Part shown: in pieces, positions 42,613 through 44,168 of the stretch
How positions within the stretch are numbered: position 1 is the stretch's first letter
Layout of the letters: every line of letters begins with the position of its first letter
Source of the DNA: Chthoniobacterales bacterium
GTDB taxonomy: Bacteria; Verrucomicrobiota; Verrucomicrobiia; Chthoniobacterales; UBA10450
Assembly: GCA_046262275.1 (NCBI GenBank)
Contig: JBHENA010000001.1
Location: forward strand, 1 to 44,168
Direction: 5' to 3'
Length of the DNA stretch: 44,168 nucleotides
Notes under the pieces: generated by a model
The model's database searches: none
Seen by the model: only the letters and a program-made list of their open reading frames with translations
What the model was told of the DNA's origin: nothing
Program-made: the position numbers and the translations under genes

Positions 42613-44168
42613 TTAGTCTGCGTAGCGCTGCGCGATGGGCATCCGACGGCCAACGCCGAACGCCCGGCTCGTCACGCGAATTCCGGGCGCAGCCTGTTCG
42701 CGCTTGTATTCGTTCAAGTCTACGCGTCGTTGCACCCAGCGCACCGTCTTCTCGTCGAACCCGCGGGCCGCAATGTCACCGGGGCTCAGGTTCTCCTCCA
42801 CGTAAAGCCGCAAAATCTCATCGAGAATTTCGTAAGGCGGCAACGTGTCTTGATCGACCTGGTCCGGCTTCAGCTCGGCGCTCGGCGGCTTCTCAATCGT
42901 CGACCACGGAATCAGTTCGCGTTCGCGGTTCATCCAACGGGCGAGGTCGTAAACCATCGTCTTCGGCACATCGCTGATCACCGCGAGCCCGCCAGCCATG
43001 TCGCCGTAGATCGTGCAGTAACCGACCGCGAGCTCGCTCTTGTTCCCCGTGGTCAGCAGCAGGTGTCCGAACTTGTTCGAGAGCGACATCAGAATCATGC
43101 CGCGGAGGCGCGACTGCATATTCTCCTCGGTGGTGTCTTCGGCCAGACCAGCGAAGACTTCGGTGAACTGCGCTTTAAAACACCCAAACGCATCACCGAT
43201 CGGAATCTGCAGGCACTTGATTCCGAGATTGCGCGCGAGCGCCAGCGCGTCATCGATGCTGCCACGCGAAGAATATGGGCTGGGCATCGAAACGCCGACG
43301 ACGTTTTCTGGCCCGAGCGCCTCGACTGCGACCGCGGCAACCACTGCCGAATCGATCCCGCCGCTGAGCCCGAGAACGGCCGAGCGAAAATTGCATTTCC
43401 GCATGTAATCACGCAGACCGAGCACGAGCGCGTCGTTCAATGCGGCTGAAGATTCGCGCGGCCGCACCTCGATCGCCGCTTCGGATGCTGTGTCGACTAC
43501 TGCTTCCGCTTCGCGAAACGATGGCAGCTGCGCGATTAATTCACCGTTCCGATTTACCGCAATCGAATCGCCGTCGAAAACGAGCTGGTCGTTGCCGCCG
43601 ACGCAATTGCAGTAGCAGATCGGCACCTCGAATTCCCGCGCCAGCGCGCTCAACATTTCGAAACGCACCAGCGGCTTTCCAAGATTGAACGGCGACGCGC
43701 TGAGATTCAGGATCAGCTCCGCGCCTTGCTGCACGAGAGCGCGGCACGGTTCGACATCGTAGAACGGCCGCGGCAGGTACCGCTCAGTCCAGATGTCCTC
43801 ACAAATCGTGACGCCGATGGTGCGACCGAGCACCCGAAACGGCCGCACTGCGCGCGCGGGCTCGAAGTAGCGATCCTCATCGAAGACATCGTAGGTCGGC
43901 AGCAGCGACTTGTGCGTCTTTTGAATCAACACGCCTTTTTCGAGCAGCGCCGCGGCGTTGTGAAACGGCTTTCCGCGGCCGTCGTTTCGATCGACGAAGC
44001 CGACCAGAAGCGGCACGTTGCCGATCCGCGCGTGGAGTTCATCCACGATCGCGAGATTCTGCGGGACGAACTGGGATTTGAAGACGAGGTCCTGCGGCGG
44101 ATACCCGGTGATCGCGAGCTCCGGTGTCAGGACCAGGTCCGCGCCGGCCGTGGCCAGGCGCTCATACG
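42613..44168 (-). CDS. nadE: Glutamine-dependent NAD+ synthetase (partial; N-terminus beyond the right edge)
   Basis: A CN-hydrolase domain (ICEDIW, LILNLSASPF) is followed by the NAD-synthase domain, with the SGGIDS P-loop in VLGLSGGIDSAVVAAVAVEALG. The frame stays open upstream of the listed start at 44046, reading YERLATAGADLVLTPELAITGYPPQDL. Confidence 0.9.
   Translation of the reverse strand, partial: YERLATAGADLVLTPELAITGYPPQDLVFKSQFVPQNLAIVDELHARIGNVPLLVGFVDRNDGRGKPFHNAAALLEKGVLIQKTHKSLLPTYDVFDEDRYFEPARAVRPFRVLGRTIGVTICEDIWTERYLPRPFYDVEPCRALVQQGAELILNLSASPFNLGKPLVRFEMLSALAREFEVPICYCNCVGGNDQLVFDGDSIAVNRNGELIAQLPSFREAEAVVDTASEAAIEVRPRESSAALNDALVLGLRDYMRKCNFRSAVLGLSGGIDSAVVAAVAVEALGPENVVGVSMPSPYSSRGSIDDALALARNLGIKCLQIPIGDAFGCFKAQFTEVFAGLAEDTTEENMQSRLRGMILMSLSNKFGHLLLTTGNKSELAVGYCTIYGDMAGGLAVISDVPKTMVYDLARWMNRERELIPWSTIEKPPSAELKPDQVDQDTLPPYEILDEILRLYVEENLSPGDIAARGFDEKTVRWVQRRVDLNEYKREQAAPGIRVTSRAFGVGRRMPIAQRYAD

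Noticed and set aside
1-44168. Searched by eye for CRISPR arrays, tRNA/rRNA genes, IS transposases, integrases, phage genes and known defence-system signatures.
   Set aside because: None was found. The only repeats are the leader duplication, the REP-like hairpins and the 79-nt palindrome. The rearrangement at 1.7-2.4 kb has no IS ends or target-site duplication that I can see.

Overview
High-GC bacterial chromosome segment. The phylum call of Verrucomicrobiota-like is an inference from three PEP-CTERM / autotransporter-associated beta-strand-repeat surface proteins, an Oar-like TonB-dependent receptor and REP-like hairpins. I saw no rRNA, tRNA, CRISPR array, transposase or integrase. Left to right: (1) 1-5500: a truncated FtsX-type ABC permease, a decayed GH13 alpha-amylase-family pseudogene split by a rearrangement, and two PEP-CTERM genes that share a duplicated ~280-bp promoter and signal-peptide module. 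(2) 5600-8000: a small accessory patch holding a DUF433 / frameshifted DUF5615 pair, a papain-like C1 peptidase, and a doc toxin pseudogene with its small antitoxin. (3) 8100-21300: housekeeping genes (AMP nucleosidase, a membrane protein, a TonB-dependent receptor, Nudix, a large PEP-CTERM repeat protein, aldo/keto reductase, icd, DUF1989). (4) 21600-42600: the interesting part, a ~21-kb glycosylation locus. It holds six GT-C membrane glycosyltransferases, five of them PIG-V/Gpi18-like paralogues. Four of those five are immediately followed by a member of one uncharacterised lipoprotein family, which has five paralogues in total. The locus also contains two Dpm1-like polyprenyl-phosphate GT2 enzymes, three SDR sugar-nucleotide epimerases (one GDP-mannose 3,5-epimerase-like), a STELLO/DUF288-like glycosyltransferase and GT4 enzymes. 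No Wzx, Wzy, ABC exporter or initiating phosphoglycosyltransferase is visible. (5) 42613 to the right edge: truncated glutamine-dependent NAD+ synthetase. All family assignments come from reading the translations and recalling family motifs. No database search was run.
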